From contig NC_043002.1 of NCBI RefSeq assembly GCF_006345805.1, positions 88,226,001 to 88,290,000 on the forward strand: a stretch of 64,000 nucleotides of DNA, read 5' to 3'. The position numbers and the translations under genes are program-made. Each line of letters opens with the position of its first letter. The first letter of the stretch is position 1. This stretch comes from Octopus sinensis. Lineage: Eukaryota. Positions 11,491-24,561 of this stretch are shown here, piece by piece. Below the pieces are notes generated by a model. The model saw only the letters and a program-made list of their open reading frames with translations, had not been told where the DNA came from and did not search any database.

Positions 11491-11673
11491 TTCTATATAG
11501 TTGATTACTTAATTCAGCTGGAACATCCAAAGGGACAGGATATTTCTAGAGAGCTGTTAAAATACTTCAAAACTTTTCTTGCAACTCTTATATACAGTGG
11601 AAACATTCTGCATTTGGAGAACCAAGCATGGCTTACATCTTTCAAAAATAAATCAATGCAATTGAGGCTATAA
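11491..11673 (+). CDS. Candidate terminal exon (FYIVDYLIQLEHPKGQDISRELLKYFKTF...QLRL*)
   Basis: poly-T-ccag acceptor, open phase-0 frame to TAA, AATAAA immediately after the stop. Assignment to the RGS gene is inferred only. Confidence 0.3.
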   Translation, partial: FYIVDYLIQLEHPKGQDISRELLKYFKTFLATLIYSGNILHLENQAWLTSFKNKSMQLRL

Positions 11674-12235
11674 TAAAATGAATTTCTAAAGACCTAAATA
11701 AATGCTTCTGATTAAGCACAAAGCCTATTTGTTGCTAGCAGAGAAGAAGCTGTGTAGTCAACTGAATTGATTTCAGTATATCACTGATGCTACTGACATT
11801 GAACACACCAGATGGATGAAATAATTAAACTTTGATCATGTATACACACATTCATATATATATATACATACAATATATATATAACTATATATATATATAC
11901 ATAAGTATATATACATATATACATACAGTGTGCATGTGTGTGCGTGTGTATGAATAGGGTGTACGTATGTATTTACATTAAACTATAACAAGTCGTAAAA
12001 TCTGTAACAAACAAACAAACGAATAAACATTTGTTATACTAACAGTTTGCTTTGTTATTTCTTATATGGGTTCTCAGTATTGATCTCTTCTAACAATACA
12101 CATAACAGTTTATAATAAACATCTTTTAACTTGTTTATAAAATGAAAGAATTTAGTTAGTCACCAAAGACTGAAAAATATAGTTATCAATTTTGTTTCTT
12201 TTTTTTTTTTGTTTTCACAAAATTCATCCCTTATA

Positions 12236-12468
12236 CCTATTTCTTTACTACCCACAAGGAGCTAAACACAGAGGGGACAAACAAGGACAGACAAACGGAT
12301 TAAGTCGATTACATTGACCCCAGTGGGTAACTGGTACTTAATTTATCGACCCCGAAAGGATGAAAGGCAAAATCGACCTTGGCGGAATTTGAACTCAGAA
12401 TGCAGCGGCGGATGAAATACCACAAAGCATTTCGCCCGGCATGCTAACATTTCTGCCAGCTCGCCACC
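12236..12468 (-). mobile_element. SINE family A copy
   Basis: Reverse complement of 7783-8012. Confidence 0.88.
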
Positions 12469-13219
12469 TTATAAGCGGAAATATGACGGAATATAAGTGG
12501 AAATATAAGCGGAAATATGACGCCTCTCCACCATGCTGCTATGCGTTGCCTGCATTTCACCAAGAGCTCTGTGCTCTCGTGCTTGCGATCGTCGTTAGCG
12601 AACGAAATCTCGAGGTTTCACATACGTCAATGGGGACATCACCACGACTGATGTCAGTAGCCTGGTGTATGCCGTCGGGAGTACCACATGATCCATGTGG
12701 TCGATACCATGACGTGGTCCATCCCATAAATTTACGTGTCGGGCCACGCGGAACAATCATGTTCTAGGTGACCATCGCACCCCAAAGGGGTCCAGACTAC
12801 TATCCCAGACTTGGGCCAGCTACTTGGAAGTTTTTTTTCTGTCACTGATTCTTTCTACAGGAAAGGCACATTACGCTAGTTATCATTGTCAATGTTATTG
12901 TGAACGGAAGGTAAACAAATGTGAGTTGTTTAATACAATGTTTTAGGTGCTAATGTAGTTATGAGCAGATATAAACATCCTCTTGGTCCTCTCACTCTTT
13001 AACCCAGTGAAAAATCCAGGATTTGACAGCCGGAAGAAAAGGGAGCTGTACCAGCAACTTGGCTGGTACTCATTTAGAGATGAGTAGACTGGAGCAAAGT
13101 GAAACAAAGTACCTTGTTCAAGGACACAACATGCTGCCTGATCTAGAAACTGAACCTCTGACATTAAAATCACAAGCTAAACACCTTAATCATTAAGCCA
13201 TGCTCTTTTACTTGACCAA

Positions 13220-13490
13220 TATCATCATCATCATCATCATCATCATCGTTTAACGTCCGCTTTCCATGCTAGCATGGGTTGGACGATTTTGACTGAGGGC
13301 TGGCGAACCAGATGCTTGCACCAGGCTCCAATCTTGATTTGGCAGAGTTTCTACACAGTTTCTACAGCCCTGCCTAACGCCAACCACTCCAAGAGTGTAG
13401 TGGGTGCTTTTTACTTGCCACCGGCACGGGGGCCAGTCAGTTGGTACTAGCAACGACCTCGCTCGAATCCTTTTACACATGCTACCAATA
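13220..13490 (-). mobile_element. Family C copy
   Basis: Same core, 1-2 units. Confidence 0.8.
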
Positions 13491-14519
13491 TATAAACCAC
13501 ATATTCATAAATAGCCTCCTTGACAGACACATGTACAATTTGTAGGGTTTTTTTATGACTTTGAACAGAAGGGAAGTACCTAGACTTTTCTCTGAATTTC
13601 TGCTACTGGTAGGAGGATGGGATCAAGATACTTCAGACTAGAGATATTGCCTACTTCAGTAAATAGATGAAGCCTGTTGTAAGCCTATAAACCCATTAAG
13701 CTGGAACTTAACCTAGTTTCTATTTTTTTTAAGTAACTGAGAGTACAAGATTTCCCCCTGATTGGGACACCAGTTTGTTGCAGAGTTAACTTCACCTAGA
13801 TGTCACTGCTATTTATTTTTAGCAAAGTGAACTGAGGCAATGCAATTAGGAGTGCCTTACTCAAGGAAACATGTCACCACCTCTGCCACATAACTCTCCT
13901 CAAGGTAACCTATGTCCAGGTAGTGTTGTTGAACTGTGGGATTAATAAGTCCACTACAAAAATAAAAAAAGAAACAATCCCTCCACAGACAATAGTAAAA
14001 GACACTTGTGCAGACACATACAGAAACAAAAGTATGTAAATGTATACACACTCAGGTATATGCACACTTAGAGTCACCCCTGCAACAGTTACATAAAACA
14101 CATCAAGGAAAATCTTAATACAAGGAAAAGTGCAAAGGAGGGAGAATGATGGACATCAGAGACAGAGGAAGCTGATGAGTATTTCTATCCTGCAAACCTT
14201 TTATCCGATGTCTTCTACCTAACTTCCTTCACAAGCTCACCTTGAGCTTAGGATTTACTTCAAGAAATAATCCTCCTTAAGATTTCACATTAACTTGTTC
14301 AGTTACCCCAGTATTCATGTGCTACAAATGCTATCATTTATATTTTCAATGTTTTCAATACTAGAATTATTTCCCCAGTAACATTAAATACAATGATTTA
14401 TAGGGGAAATGTTAAGGGTTAGCTAACATACCAATAATTTATACACTGCCTTACTATCTAGGAAAATTTTAAATTTACAAATTGGTCATCCAGTTTACTT
14501 TAAGCCTTAACATCAATGT

Positions 14520-14677
14520 GTATTTCTTTTCTACCCACAAGGGGCTGAACACAGAGGGGACAAACAAGGATAGGCAAACAGATTAAGACGATTACATCAA
14601 CCCCAGTGCATAACTGGTACTTAATTTATCGACCCCAAAAGGATGAAAGGCAAAGTCGACCTCGGCGGAATTTGAAC
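14520..14677 (-). mobile_element. 5'-truncated SINE family A copy
   Basis: 3' two-thirds of the family; stops within the B-box. Confidence 0.8.
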
Positions 14678-15610
14678 ATCAATATGTTTATTAGGCAGCT
14701 TCTTCTTGTATAATTGGAGAAGGTGCATCAATGCTGGTGATGATATCATCTAGAATCAAAACGTGAGTAGATGTTCTCTCTTTTTCTATGAATGTATTGT
14801 GTAGACCAGTTGTTTCCAGTAGTCATAAAGATGTAGTGTTGGTTACAAAGAAAAAGGAAACAGGGTGTGTTCTATAGAAGCACTTCTCAAGCTGTTTTGT
14901 GCCATAGACTAGTGTTATGCAAGGCAATTTTTGCATGGGATGGGGGAATCACACGCATAATAATACACAGTAAAGTGCATAATACCCTACAAGCTTCAGT
15001 AGCCAATATAACCGAAGTAAAATTTTTTAATTAATTTATTTTTTTTTTTGTGCTGATCATTACCAAATAATCAACAGCCTGGAACTAGTGGCTAAGTTGT
15101 TGGGAACCTCAGTTCTATGGTCCGTTACAGCGATCAAACGAAACACTGCTAGCATATCAAGTCATTTATACGTTTAGTAAAATGAGCAAGGGAGACAACT
15201 TTGAGTGCTTTTAAATTTCTTCGTTTTGGTCGTTACCACTGTAGTAATTAGAATAAATAGTGAGAAATATTCATAACAAAACACTGAGGCGCAATAGGAG
15301 ACGTGTAGAGGTAAAGAAAACTAAGGTGATCATTCGGTACTAGTAACATAACTGTCACTTATAAACCCATGTGGGTTTATTTACATTTCTGAAGAAAAAG
15401 ATACCCTAACCCCACATATATAAAAAAAAAATTTTAATTTAACGGAAAGTGACGGTTTTCTTCTTCAAATGTAAACAAATACACGTGATGTAAATGGGAC
15501 TCATATCGAAAGAATGCCAAAACCAGAAAACTAGCATGTTAAAGAGATGTCTGTTTTGCTCCCTTGTCGTCCAGAAATTTATTAGAACATGATTGTTCAG
15601 TTATGAACCT

Positions 15611-15624
15611 GTTACCATAGATAC
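15611..15624. promoter_or_regulatory. Candidate RFX X-box (GTTACCATAGATAC)
   Basis: Matches the palindromic GTTRCCATRGNWAC-type RFX site and lies within a locally CpG-rich segment. Motif match only. Confidence 0.35.
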
Positions 15625-15715
15625 TATTGCTTTGGCGTGTGATCTACAACTTCAAGGACGATTACTTTAGGTTAGTTTTGTTTCTTTACGTTGCAAAACA
15701 CGCAGATACCAAACT

Positions 15716-16133
15716 GGATCTTTTCGGTTTGAACGGCAGTTTTTAATATAATTTCTAGGTAACTAAAACATTTTAAACTTCGTATACTGGTAGAATGTGT
15801 TTATAAAACATCTTTTTTCTCTTGGCTTTATTGAGAAAATTCTATAGTTTGTAAGATATTTGTTGTTTTTTTCTGCAATTTCAACGAATCAATGACGTCC
15901 ATTGAGGTAAAAAAAAGAAAAGAACATTCTGTGCCGTATGAATATGTCCCTCGTTTAAGAAACAGATTGGGTTTATTTACTTTTGTGAAGTAAAAAAGAT
16001 ACCCTTCCCCCCAACCCTAACCCTAACCCTAAAACAGATTGAAATACAATAGATCGATACTAGGGTCATAATTATGGTGACAATTCATATGACACCGCTA
16101 GAAAAAAAACTGCCGTTCAAACCGAGAAGATTC
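15716..16133 (+). mobile_element. 418-bp MITE, copy 2
   Basis: Same TIRs and body as copy 1; TSD ACCAAACT/GCCAAACT. Confidence 0.9.
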
Positions 16134-16399
16134 GCCAAACTTGTTTGATCTGCGCGCTTGTTTTTATTATTATATTGTTTATTCTTCGTTTCTTATTATT
16201 ATTTACTAAGACATAAATGAAACATCGTTTTATTATTATTAAAATTTGAAAACATTAATTTACAATGCTAAGAATTTATCATAAAAATATCTCTTAATGG
16301 TTTTTAAAAATTGCAAAATAAACTAAAAAGTAATCTATAGTAAACGCCCTTAAGTAGTCGATCACACGTCTAAGTAGCACCCAATTTTCTAACGGGTCG

Positions 16400-16612
16400 C
16401 TCATTGGCAGAATCGTTAGCACGCCGGGCGAATTGCGTAGCCGTATTTCGTCTGCTGTTACGTTCTGAGTTCAAATTCCGCCGAGGTCGATTTTGCCTTT
16501 CATCCTTTCGGGGTCGATAAATAAAGTACCAGTTACGCACTGGGATCGATGTAATCGACTTAATCCTTTTGTTTGTCCCCTCTATGTTTAGCCCCTTGTG
16601 GGCAATAAAGAA
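16400..16612 (+). mobile_element. SINE family A copy
   Basis: Same family sequence. Confidence 0.85.
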
Positions 16613-16935
16613 ATATATATTTCTAACAGCCTGGGTGACATGACAGTGTATGGGAAACTGCGGCAAAAACAAAAAAAGAAAAAGAAAAATTCCATTAGCT
16701 ATTTTTTATTACTATCATTAAAAGAATCGACTGCAACTTATTCTGTGTAGCACGGCTTCGACGTAATATGTCAGTAAGTATTCTGAAATATATATTTGTT
16801 GGTATGGGGTAAAAGAATTTACGAAAAATAATTAAAATCAGTTTGTTATATTTAATTGTTTTCCGAGAATTCTAATATTCTTTTTTTTTTAATTGAAAAA
16901 CGAAGCGGAAAATATTGTCAAATGAAGAAACATGG

Positions 16936-17548
16936 CTTTATATAGCTATAGTAAGACCTCACCTGGAATTTGCATCACCGGTCTGGAACCCCTATCTTGC
17001 TCAGGATATTAATCGTCTGGTAGCCGTTCAGCGACGTGCAACCAAAAGAATACCCTCCATCAGGCATTTGCCATATTCTGAACGCCTTACTTCCCTGGGC
17101 ATGGACACATTGAAACTCCGACGTCTGGCAGCTGACTTGGCAGACACCCATAAAATTATCAACCATCTTACAAACAATAACTCTGAGCACCTTTTCAAAT
17201 TCCACCCATCTAACACCCGTGGACATATTTACAAAGTAAGAAAACAGCACAGCTCCCATGACTTTAGGAAACATTTTTTCACGTTAAGAATTGCTGAAGC
17301 ATGGAACAAACTGCTGGCATCAGTTGTTAGTTGTCGGAGCACTGCATCCTTCAAAACTTCCATTTTTTCTGAGATTCGCCAACACTACACCTGATTTTCT
17401 CCCCTCCATACACACGCAAGCGTGTATCTGACTCATACATTGTTCACTTTCCAGACATTTGTACATTACTGCACATACTTTATACGCACTTTTTGACAAG
17501 TTGTGGTGCACCTGAGCACTGTATACAATAATTTCATTATTATTATTT
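16936..17548 (+). mobile_element. 5'-truncated CR1-clade LINE (RT C-terminus plus 3' UTR)
   Basis: LYIAIVRPHLEFASPVWNPY...QRRATK...LPYSERL...LRRLAADL...TRGH.YK...RKHFFT.RI..AWNKL; ends in an (ATT)n tail. Confidence 0.9.
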
Positions 17549-18442
17549 TAATCATAAAAAATATAAAGAAAAAAACGTTTAATTTGAATAAATTCTAAAA
17601 TAGTCTAAGGATTAGACAATCAAAAAATATCGTTTAGAAATATCACAAATTAATAACTAGGTTTTTTTTATTAGTCATTATTTTCCCCAGGGTTTAAAAA
17701 CATTTTAGTTTACTTTCATAATCAATAACTGTTTCTAATTTAAGTACAAGACTAACAGCCCATACAATCGATTCCTAAACTTGACTGGTACCTTATTTTA
17801 TCGACCTCAGAAGAATGAAAAGTAAAGTTGACCTCATCGAGATTTAAACACAAGACATAAAAGACTTGAACAAGTACCACTGGGATAGTTGCTTTTTTTT
17901 TTCCGACGCAATAACGATTCTACCATTCCACTACTAGTTTTAAAATTAACAGTGTTTTCAAAACCCTTCAATTTTCCAATTTTTCAAATTTAAAGGGAGA
18001 CAACTTAGATAAACAACCTACATCTATGTTGTTCATTTTATTTTAGTGGTGCTTAAAGTGTATTGCTTGTTGGTTTTTGAAAATCTGACACTCTGCACAA
18101 TCGGTAGTGAATGGCTTCAGTATACAAAGTGTTTTTTTTTATTAAAGAAAACCCACGTTGTATTGAGAAACTATTACTATATTCCACATAACAAAACATT
18201 GTCTCCCATTGTATTCAAGGGAAATAATTCTCCAGTCGTCTTAAATATTTAATACAACATACTATCTGTGCTACGTATCAGAGCCGTCTTATAGTAGCAT
18301 TAAAGGCCCTTGAGAAAATCAGCGCACTGGGCCCTATATTATGTACTTATTGGCAGCAAGCTACATCAATGCATAGATGAGAATCAGGCCTCCTGGTAAC
18401 TACTCAGTAGGAATATGCCTATGCCTTGTGACAATGCTGGTA

Positions 18443-18649
18443 TACTCTTTACACATTTACTTGTTTCAGTCATCTGACCACAGCCATGCTGGAGCACCGC
18501 CTTTTAATCGAGCAACTCGACCCCGGGACTTATTCTTTTGTAAGCCCAGTACTTATTCTATCGGTCTCTTTTGCCGAACCGCTAAGTAACGGGGACATAA
18601 ACACACCAGTATCGGTTGTCAAGCAATGGTTGGGGGACAAACACACACA

Positions 18650-18693
<44 letters not shown>

Positions 18694-18857
18694 TACGACG
18701 GGCTTCTTTCAGTTTCCGTCTACCAAATCCACTCACAAGGCTTTGGTCGGCCCGAGGCTATAGTAGAAGACACTTGCCCAAGGTGCCACGCAGTGGGACT
18801 GAACCCAGAACCATGTAGTTGGTAAACAAGCTACTTACCACACAGCCACTCCTGCGC
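18443..18857 (-). mobile_element. SINE family B copy
   Basis: Same head, core and tail as 1610-2039. Confidence 0.85.
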
Positions 18858-19815
18858 TATACATTTTAATAGCTAGCCCCGCGCCGTCAAAAATGACGGC
18901 TACTTGTAGTAGTCTATATGTAAATAAGGACAAAAGATAGAATATAGATGGTTATTCAAATTAATACACTTATCAATGTTATCTAGTGTTTGTATTTTGT
19001 GATGTGTCATTGATCCATACAAATTTTCCCATACTTCCCTTGTACACGAACATACACACATACACTCACACAGAGTTAAAATGTTGTTTGATTTTTGCTT
19101 TCAGCGTTGAATGTTCACCATCCCACTTCCATTGCACACACATATACACATACAAACATTCACATACTTCCTTTTTACATATACTCACACAGAGTTGAAA
19201 CGCTGTTTGATTTATTTTTTCAACGTAGAACTGCCATCACTCCTTCCTTCCTTATTCATCTACTATCCCTTCCTTTGCCATTCATATGTTGTGATGGAGA
19301 AAAACACAAGAGTATTATTAGAGTAGATATAGTCAACATTTTTACAGTTAAAAAAGGCGGCGTGTAGACAGAATCGTTAGTATACCGGGTAAAGTTCTTC
19401 GCAGCATTTCGTCTGTCTTCACGTCCTGAATTCAAATTCTGCCGTGGTCGACTTTGCTTTTCATCCTTTTCAGCATCAATAAAATAAGTGCCAATTGAGC
19501 ATGGGGGTCGATGTAATCCACTTAGCTGCTCATCCAAAATTTGAAACCCCTATTTTTGCTGTTGAATGATGAGAACTACCAAATGGCTATGAGTTCTACA
19601 ATCCATTGAATAACTGAAGATCTTAGGTTCGTATTTCTTGAAGGGTAAACCAACGTAATTTTTTCACAAGAACATACACGGAAATGAAAAGTGTTGCTGA
19701 AGAGGTCACAGTTGTGCAACGAAAGATATATATACATATATATAGTGCATGTCTTTATTTGGCAAAAAAATAGTTGAATAAATAAATAAAATGACCATCC
19801 TAAAATACAATAATA

Positions 19816-20150
19816 TCATCATCATCATCATCATTTAATGTCTGTTGATTATACTGGCATTAGTTGAATGGTTTGACTGGGCTGACATGCTAGAAAGGTG
19901 TGTCGGGATCCAATCTGATTTGGCATGGTTTTCTATAGCTGGATGCCCTTTCAAACACCAACCACTCTGATAGTATAATGGGTGCTTTTATGTGCCACTG
20001 GCACAGGTGCCATTTGCATGACACTGGTATCTGCCATAACTGTAATTTTGCTTGGCCTGATGGGTCTTCTTCTTAAGCACAACGTAATTCCAAAAGTCTT
20101 GGCCATTGTCTCCATGAGGGCCAACACTCAAAAGGAATTCGTGTTGGACC
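19816..20150 (-). mobile_element. Family C variant retaining a LINE-like ORF end
   Basis: Same core; the 5' part decodes to a decayed ...MAK.FWNYVVLKK..., like an RTE-type ORF C-terminus. Confidence 0.6.
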
Positions 20151-20178
20151 TCAAAGAGGCATATATGTATATATTATA

Positions 20179-20573
20179 GGTTCAAGTATGGCTGTGTGGC
20201 AAGAAGCTTGCTTCCCAACCACATGGTTCTGGGTTCAGTCCCACTGTGTGGCACCTTGGGCAAGTGTCTTCTACTATAGCCTCGGGCTGACCAAAGCCTT
20301 GTGAGTGGATCTGGTAGACAGAAACTGAAAGAAGCCTGTCGTATATATATATGTGTGTGTGTGTGTGTGTATGCTTGTGTGTCCCCCACCCCCCAACATC
20401 GCTTGACAACCGATGCTGGTATGTTTACGTCCCCGTAACTTAGCGGTTCGGCAAAAGAGACCGATAGAATAAGTACTAGGCTTACAAAGAATAAGTCCTG
20501 GGGTCGATTTTCTCGACTAAAAAGCAGTGCTCCAGCATGGCCACATGACTGAAACAAGTAAAAGAGTAAAGAG
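20179..20573 (+). mobile_element. SINE family B copy
   Basis: Same family, opposite orientation to 18443-18857. Confidence 0.85.
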
Positions 20574-20884
20574 GTTATTGTTAGAGATATAAGTGGTGAG
20601 GGTGGGAGATGTAAACATAACACCAAGAGAAGTAAGCATGTTAGCTTGCCATAAGAAGTAAGGAAATAGAGAAAAAGATGATAATGATGTTGTAGATGAT
20701 GAAATAAGAGAAAAGAAAAGAGAAGGAAAATGCATAAAGTGTTTACAAAATTTTTCTCCGGCAGAACAAGTTAGACATACTCAGATGTAAAAACAGCATA
20801 AAGCATCTGAAACAGGAATTTATTCAAATGTGGCTCCCCCCTTCAAAGCTCAGTTTCTTGTGGCGGATAATTTGTCCATATGAA

Positions 20885-21420
20885 ATCAAAATCAAATCAA
20901 AATCAATTCGATGACTGGCATCTGTGCTACCAGGGTTGCAAAGAGTATCATACGAGTGTGATCGTTGACAGAGCAGCTATTTGAGTATGATCGTTACCAG
21001 CGTAGCCTGATTGGCACTCATGCCTGTGCTAGTAGGGTGCCAAGAGCACCATCTGAGCTTGATCGTTGCCAGAGCAGCCAACTGGCTTCCATACCCGTGG
21101 CACGCACAAGGGCACCATTCGAGCATGATCGTTACCAACGTCGCTTCACTGGCACCTGTGCCGGTAGCACATGTAAAAAGATTTGAGCGAGGTCATTGCC
21201 AGTACCGCCTGAGTGGCCCCCATGCCAGTGGCATGTAAAAAGCACCCACTACACTCTCGGAGTGGTTGGTGTTAGGAAGGGCATCCAGCTGTAGAAACTC
21301 TGCCAGATCAAGATTGGAGCTTGGTGCAGCCATCTGGCTCGCCAGCCCTCAATCAAAATCGTCCAACCCATGCTAGCATGGAAAGCGGACGTTAAACGAT
21401 GAGGATGATGATGATGATGA
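20885..21420 (+). mobile_element. Family C copy, plus orientation, 5-6 tandem units
   Basis: Ends ggaaagcggacgttaaacgatga(gat)n. Confidence 0.8.
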
Positions 21421-22240
21421 ATTTCCCTCATTGCCTCCATCACCTTCTTAATCTGCTTCTTTAGGCTCATAAGCTCCTCCCTGAATCAACGGATTTTGCT
21501 AGTTCTGTTATTCAGAAGATGATTCAGCTATGCTTTCCACAGCATCCATTATGTTGAATTTCTTCTAGAAATCTCTTAACTGTAGGTTTATCCTGCATCT
21601 CAGCTGCTTTCATAAGTTGTTTGAAATTCTCACATGATATACCTTTAAGTTAGCTATCACATCTTAATCTGTTGGCTGGAGCAAAGAAGAAAGTTCATTT
21701 ACATTCAATGATTGGTTTGGTTCATTGTCTAAAAGGAACAAGGCTTTGTTGAAAATATGTAGGGCCCTGCATCTTTCTACAGCAGGACAAAAATGGTTTG
21801 TAAACCACTCTTCAAAATGGCGCTTCATCAGCCATGCTTTCTTCTGTGAATGTGAAATCAGACATAAATTAAAAACTTTTAAAAGCCTTTCAATTTCTTG
21901 TGAGACACACAAGTAGGAGCTGCAATTTCACATCATCAGCACTATATCCTCCCAGGAGTTTTCAAAAATATTTGGAACTTTAAATTCTGGGGTTGATATT
22001 TATCCTCAAGAAATATTGGTTCCAGGAAGAAGGGCAGCTTCATTAATATCATAAACCTGCTTTGATGTGTAGCTCTCTTTAGTAGTCATTTACTTCAGCT
22101 GCTCAGGATAATCAATAGCAGCCTCTGGTACTGCATTGGTAGCTTCACCTATCATTTTTTATGTTAAGCAAATTCAAGCACTTCTTAAACTTTTCAAGTC
22201 ATCCTTTACTAGCCGGAAAATGTTTTGCATTAAAAGTTTA
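21420..22240 (-). mobile_element. Decayed Tigger/pogo transposase relic
   Basis: KAWLMKRHFEEWFTNHFCPAVE...KALFLLDN...SLLQPTD (DDE_1 type) plus adjacent stop-interrupted AAIDYPEQL...QVY and VIANLKVY...FNIMDAV segments. Ends approximate. Confidence 0.75.
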
Positions 22241-22252
22241 CAAATCGTCGTA

Positions 22253-22460
22253 TGAGGATTGCTGAAAAGTTCCTGGCTTTGGGTAAAAGAAAATACAGGA
22301 GAATCAGTTAATTATGATTTTATTCAACATATCCCCCTCTCAGATTCACACACTCATTGCAGCATTCCTTCAGTTTTTCTAAGCCCTGTAAAAGACCTCG
22401 AAAAGTTGGGCCTCCAGCCAGGCCTTATGCAATACCCAGAAAATTTTCAGCACCTCCTTG
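22253..22460. mobile_element. 208-bp Tc1/mariner-type MITE
   Basis: TA flanks; imperfect TIRs tgaggattgctgaaaagttcctgg and reverse complement caaggaggtgctgaaaattttctgg. Confidence 0.65.
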
Positions 22461-22605
22461 TACATAGTTTTGGCAATTTTTTTTAATTACTATTGTGCTT
22501 ATTAACATTGTGCTGAGTTTGATCCTCACTCCATACATTTAAGAGCTGTTCCATTTTTAAGCTTTATGTAAGATCAATGGAAAAGTAAGATTCAATAGCT
22601 TCATG

Positions 22606-23265
22606 AGGTGGTGAGCTGGCAGAATCATTAGCATGCTGGGCAAAATGTTTCACAGCATTTTGTACATCCTTACAGCCTGAGTTCAAATTCTGCCAAGGTC
22701 AACTTTGCCTTTCATCCTTTCAGGGTCAATGAAACAAGTACCAGTAATGCACTAGAGTTAATGTAATCAACTAGCTCCCATCCCCCAAAATTCCAGGTTT
22801 TGTGCCTATAGTAGAAAGGATTGTCATGTCCTACTGTAGACATAACAAACTTTAATGTTTAGGCCATGGGGCTGAGTTTTTTTTCTATCTGTATCAAGGC
22901 TTTTTATAACATCAAATTTTGATATCCAGTGTAATCAATCCCTTTCCAGTTCATATTCATATTATTATCTTCAGTTCTAGTTGATGGTTTCTTTCCAGAC
23001 TTCATGAATTATAAATAAATGCTATAGATAGAAGACAGACAGATAGATATATTTCTTTATTACCTACAAGGGGCTAAACATAGAGGGGACAAATGGATCA
23101 AGTCGATTACATCGACCCAGTGCGAAACTGGTACTTTATTTATCGACCCCGAGATGATAAAAGGCAAAGTCGACCTTGGTGGAATTTGAACTCAGAACGT
23201 AACGACAGACGAAATACCGCTAAGCATTTCGCCCGGCGCGCTAACGTTTCTGCCAGCTCGCCGCC
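22606..23265. mobile_element. Tail-to-tail pair of SINE family A copies (22606-22825 plus; 23055-23265 minus)
   Basis: Same family in opposite orientations about 230 bp apart. Confidence 0.8.
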
Positions 23266-24180
23266 AAACAGATAGACAGAGAGAAAGAGAGAGAGATAGA
23301 CAGACAGACAGATAGATAGATAGATAAAATAGAAAGTGGGGGTAAGTGAAGAAGGAAAGATGGATACTGTGACCTAAGTAAATATAAATGAACTCAAATA
23401 TTCAATGAAAAATTCCAACCCACACTCAGTAAGTATTCATTGTAGTGTACACACACTCACACAAACATACATGCATATATATATATATATACATACAAAC
23501 ATACAACTTATAACCAGTACAACCTGTTGTATATTTGGGTTATTGGCAGCTAAATTGGCAACTCCACCCAGCTAGCTTTGTGAGAAAGGTTGTTTTGAAC
23601 AACCTGCAGGACAAGAAACAAAGGTTGTCAAAAGATTGATGAAATCCTGAGTCAGTGGCCCATTCAATAATGTATACATAGATGCATTCAATGTGTGAGT
23701 ATATTTACACACACACACAGAGATACTCACACGAACACACACAGTTACCATCACATGCACACGTTACTACACACACACACAGAGTTACTCACACACACAG
23801 TTACTCCCACACACACATACGCTACCATACATACACACACAGATTTTTTCCCCCACACACATACATTACTATACATACACGCTGCCACACACATACCGAC
23901 CATCTTCACACTCTCCTGTCCCAGAAAGCACTTTCTCTTTGTCCTACTTCTGGTCACTTCAAAAATGTAACTGCACATGGACTATTGGTGATTATTTTCC
24001 TGCTTCCCTTTGGGCTTTCCTGTTTCCAAAGAAGAGCTATGCTCAAAACATAAAACAACTACTCTTTTCCTTCTCCGTGCATCATATTAATATTTTGTTT
24101 GTGCTACGTCCTCACATTTGTTTTTACTTTTCCTTTTTTCTGAATTCTCTCTCCCTCTCTCTCTCTATATATATATATAT

Positions 24181-24561
24181 CTTTTATTTTTTTTGTTTCA
24201 GTTATTTGACTACAGCCATGCTGCAGCACTACCTTTAGTTGAGCAAGTTAACCCCAGGACTTATTCTTTGTAAGCCTAGTACTTATTCAATCAGTCGCTC
24301 TTGCCGAACCACTAGGTGACGGGGGATGTAAACATACCAGCATCGGTTGTCAAGTGATGTTGAGGGGACAAATAGACACACAAACATATACATACATATA
24401 TATACACGACAGGCTTCTTTCAGTTTCTTCCTACCAAATCCACTCACAAGGCTTTGGTAGGCCCGAGGCTATAGTAGAAGACACTTGCCCAAGGTGCCAC
24501 ACAGTGGGACTGAACCCAGAACCATGTGGTTGGTAAGCAAGCTACTTACTACACAGCCACT
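24181..24561 (-). mobile_element. SINE family B copy
   Basis: Same family sequence. Confidence 0.85.

Noticed and set aside
13861-13953. Minus-strand 93-nt exon (GLINPTVQQHYLDIGYLEESYVAEVVTCFL)
   Set aside because: The donor and part of the body lie in a decayed SINE-like repeat, and no phase-2 partner exons or family motif were found.
18281-18345. Plus-strand exon after tatcag
   Set aside because: cagagccgtctta...ggcccttg...gggcccta looks like a decayed hAT-type terminal sequence, and the frame closes quickly.
20765-20914. Plus-strand exon NKLDILRCKNSIKHLKQEFIQMWLPPSK...
   Set aside because: Good acceptor but no donor, runs into a family C element, and no homology recognised.
20930-21245. 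CRISPR-like array
   Set aside because: Degenerate tandem units without unique spacers, inside a multi-copy eukaryotic retroelement; no cas genes.
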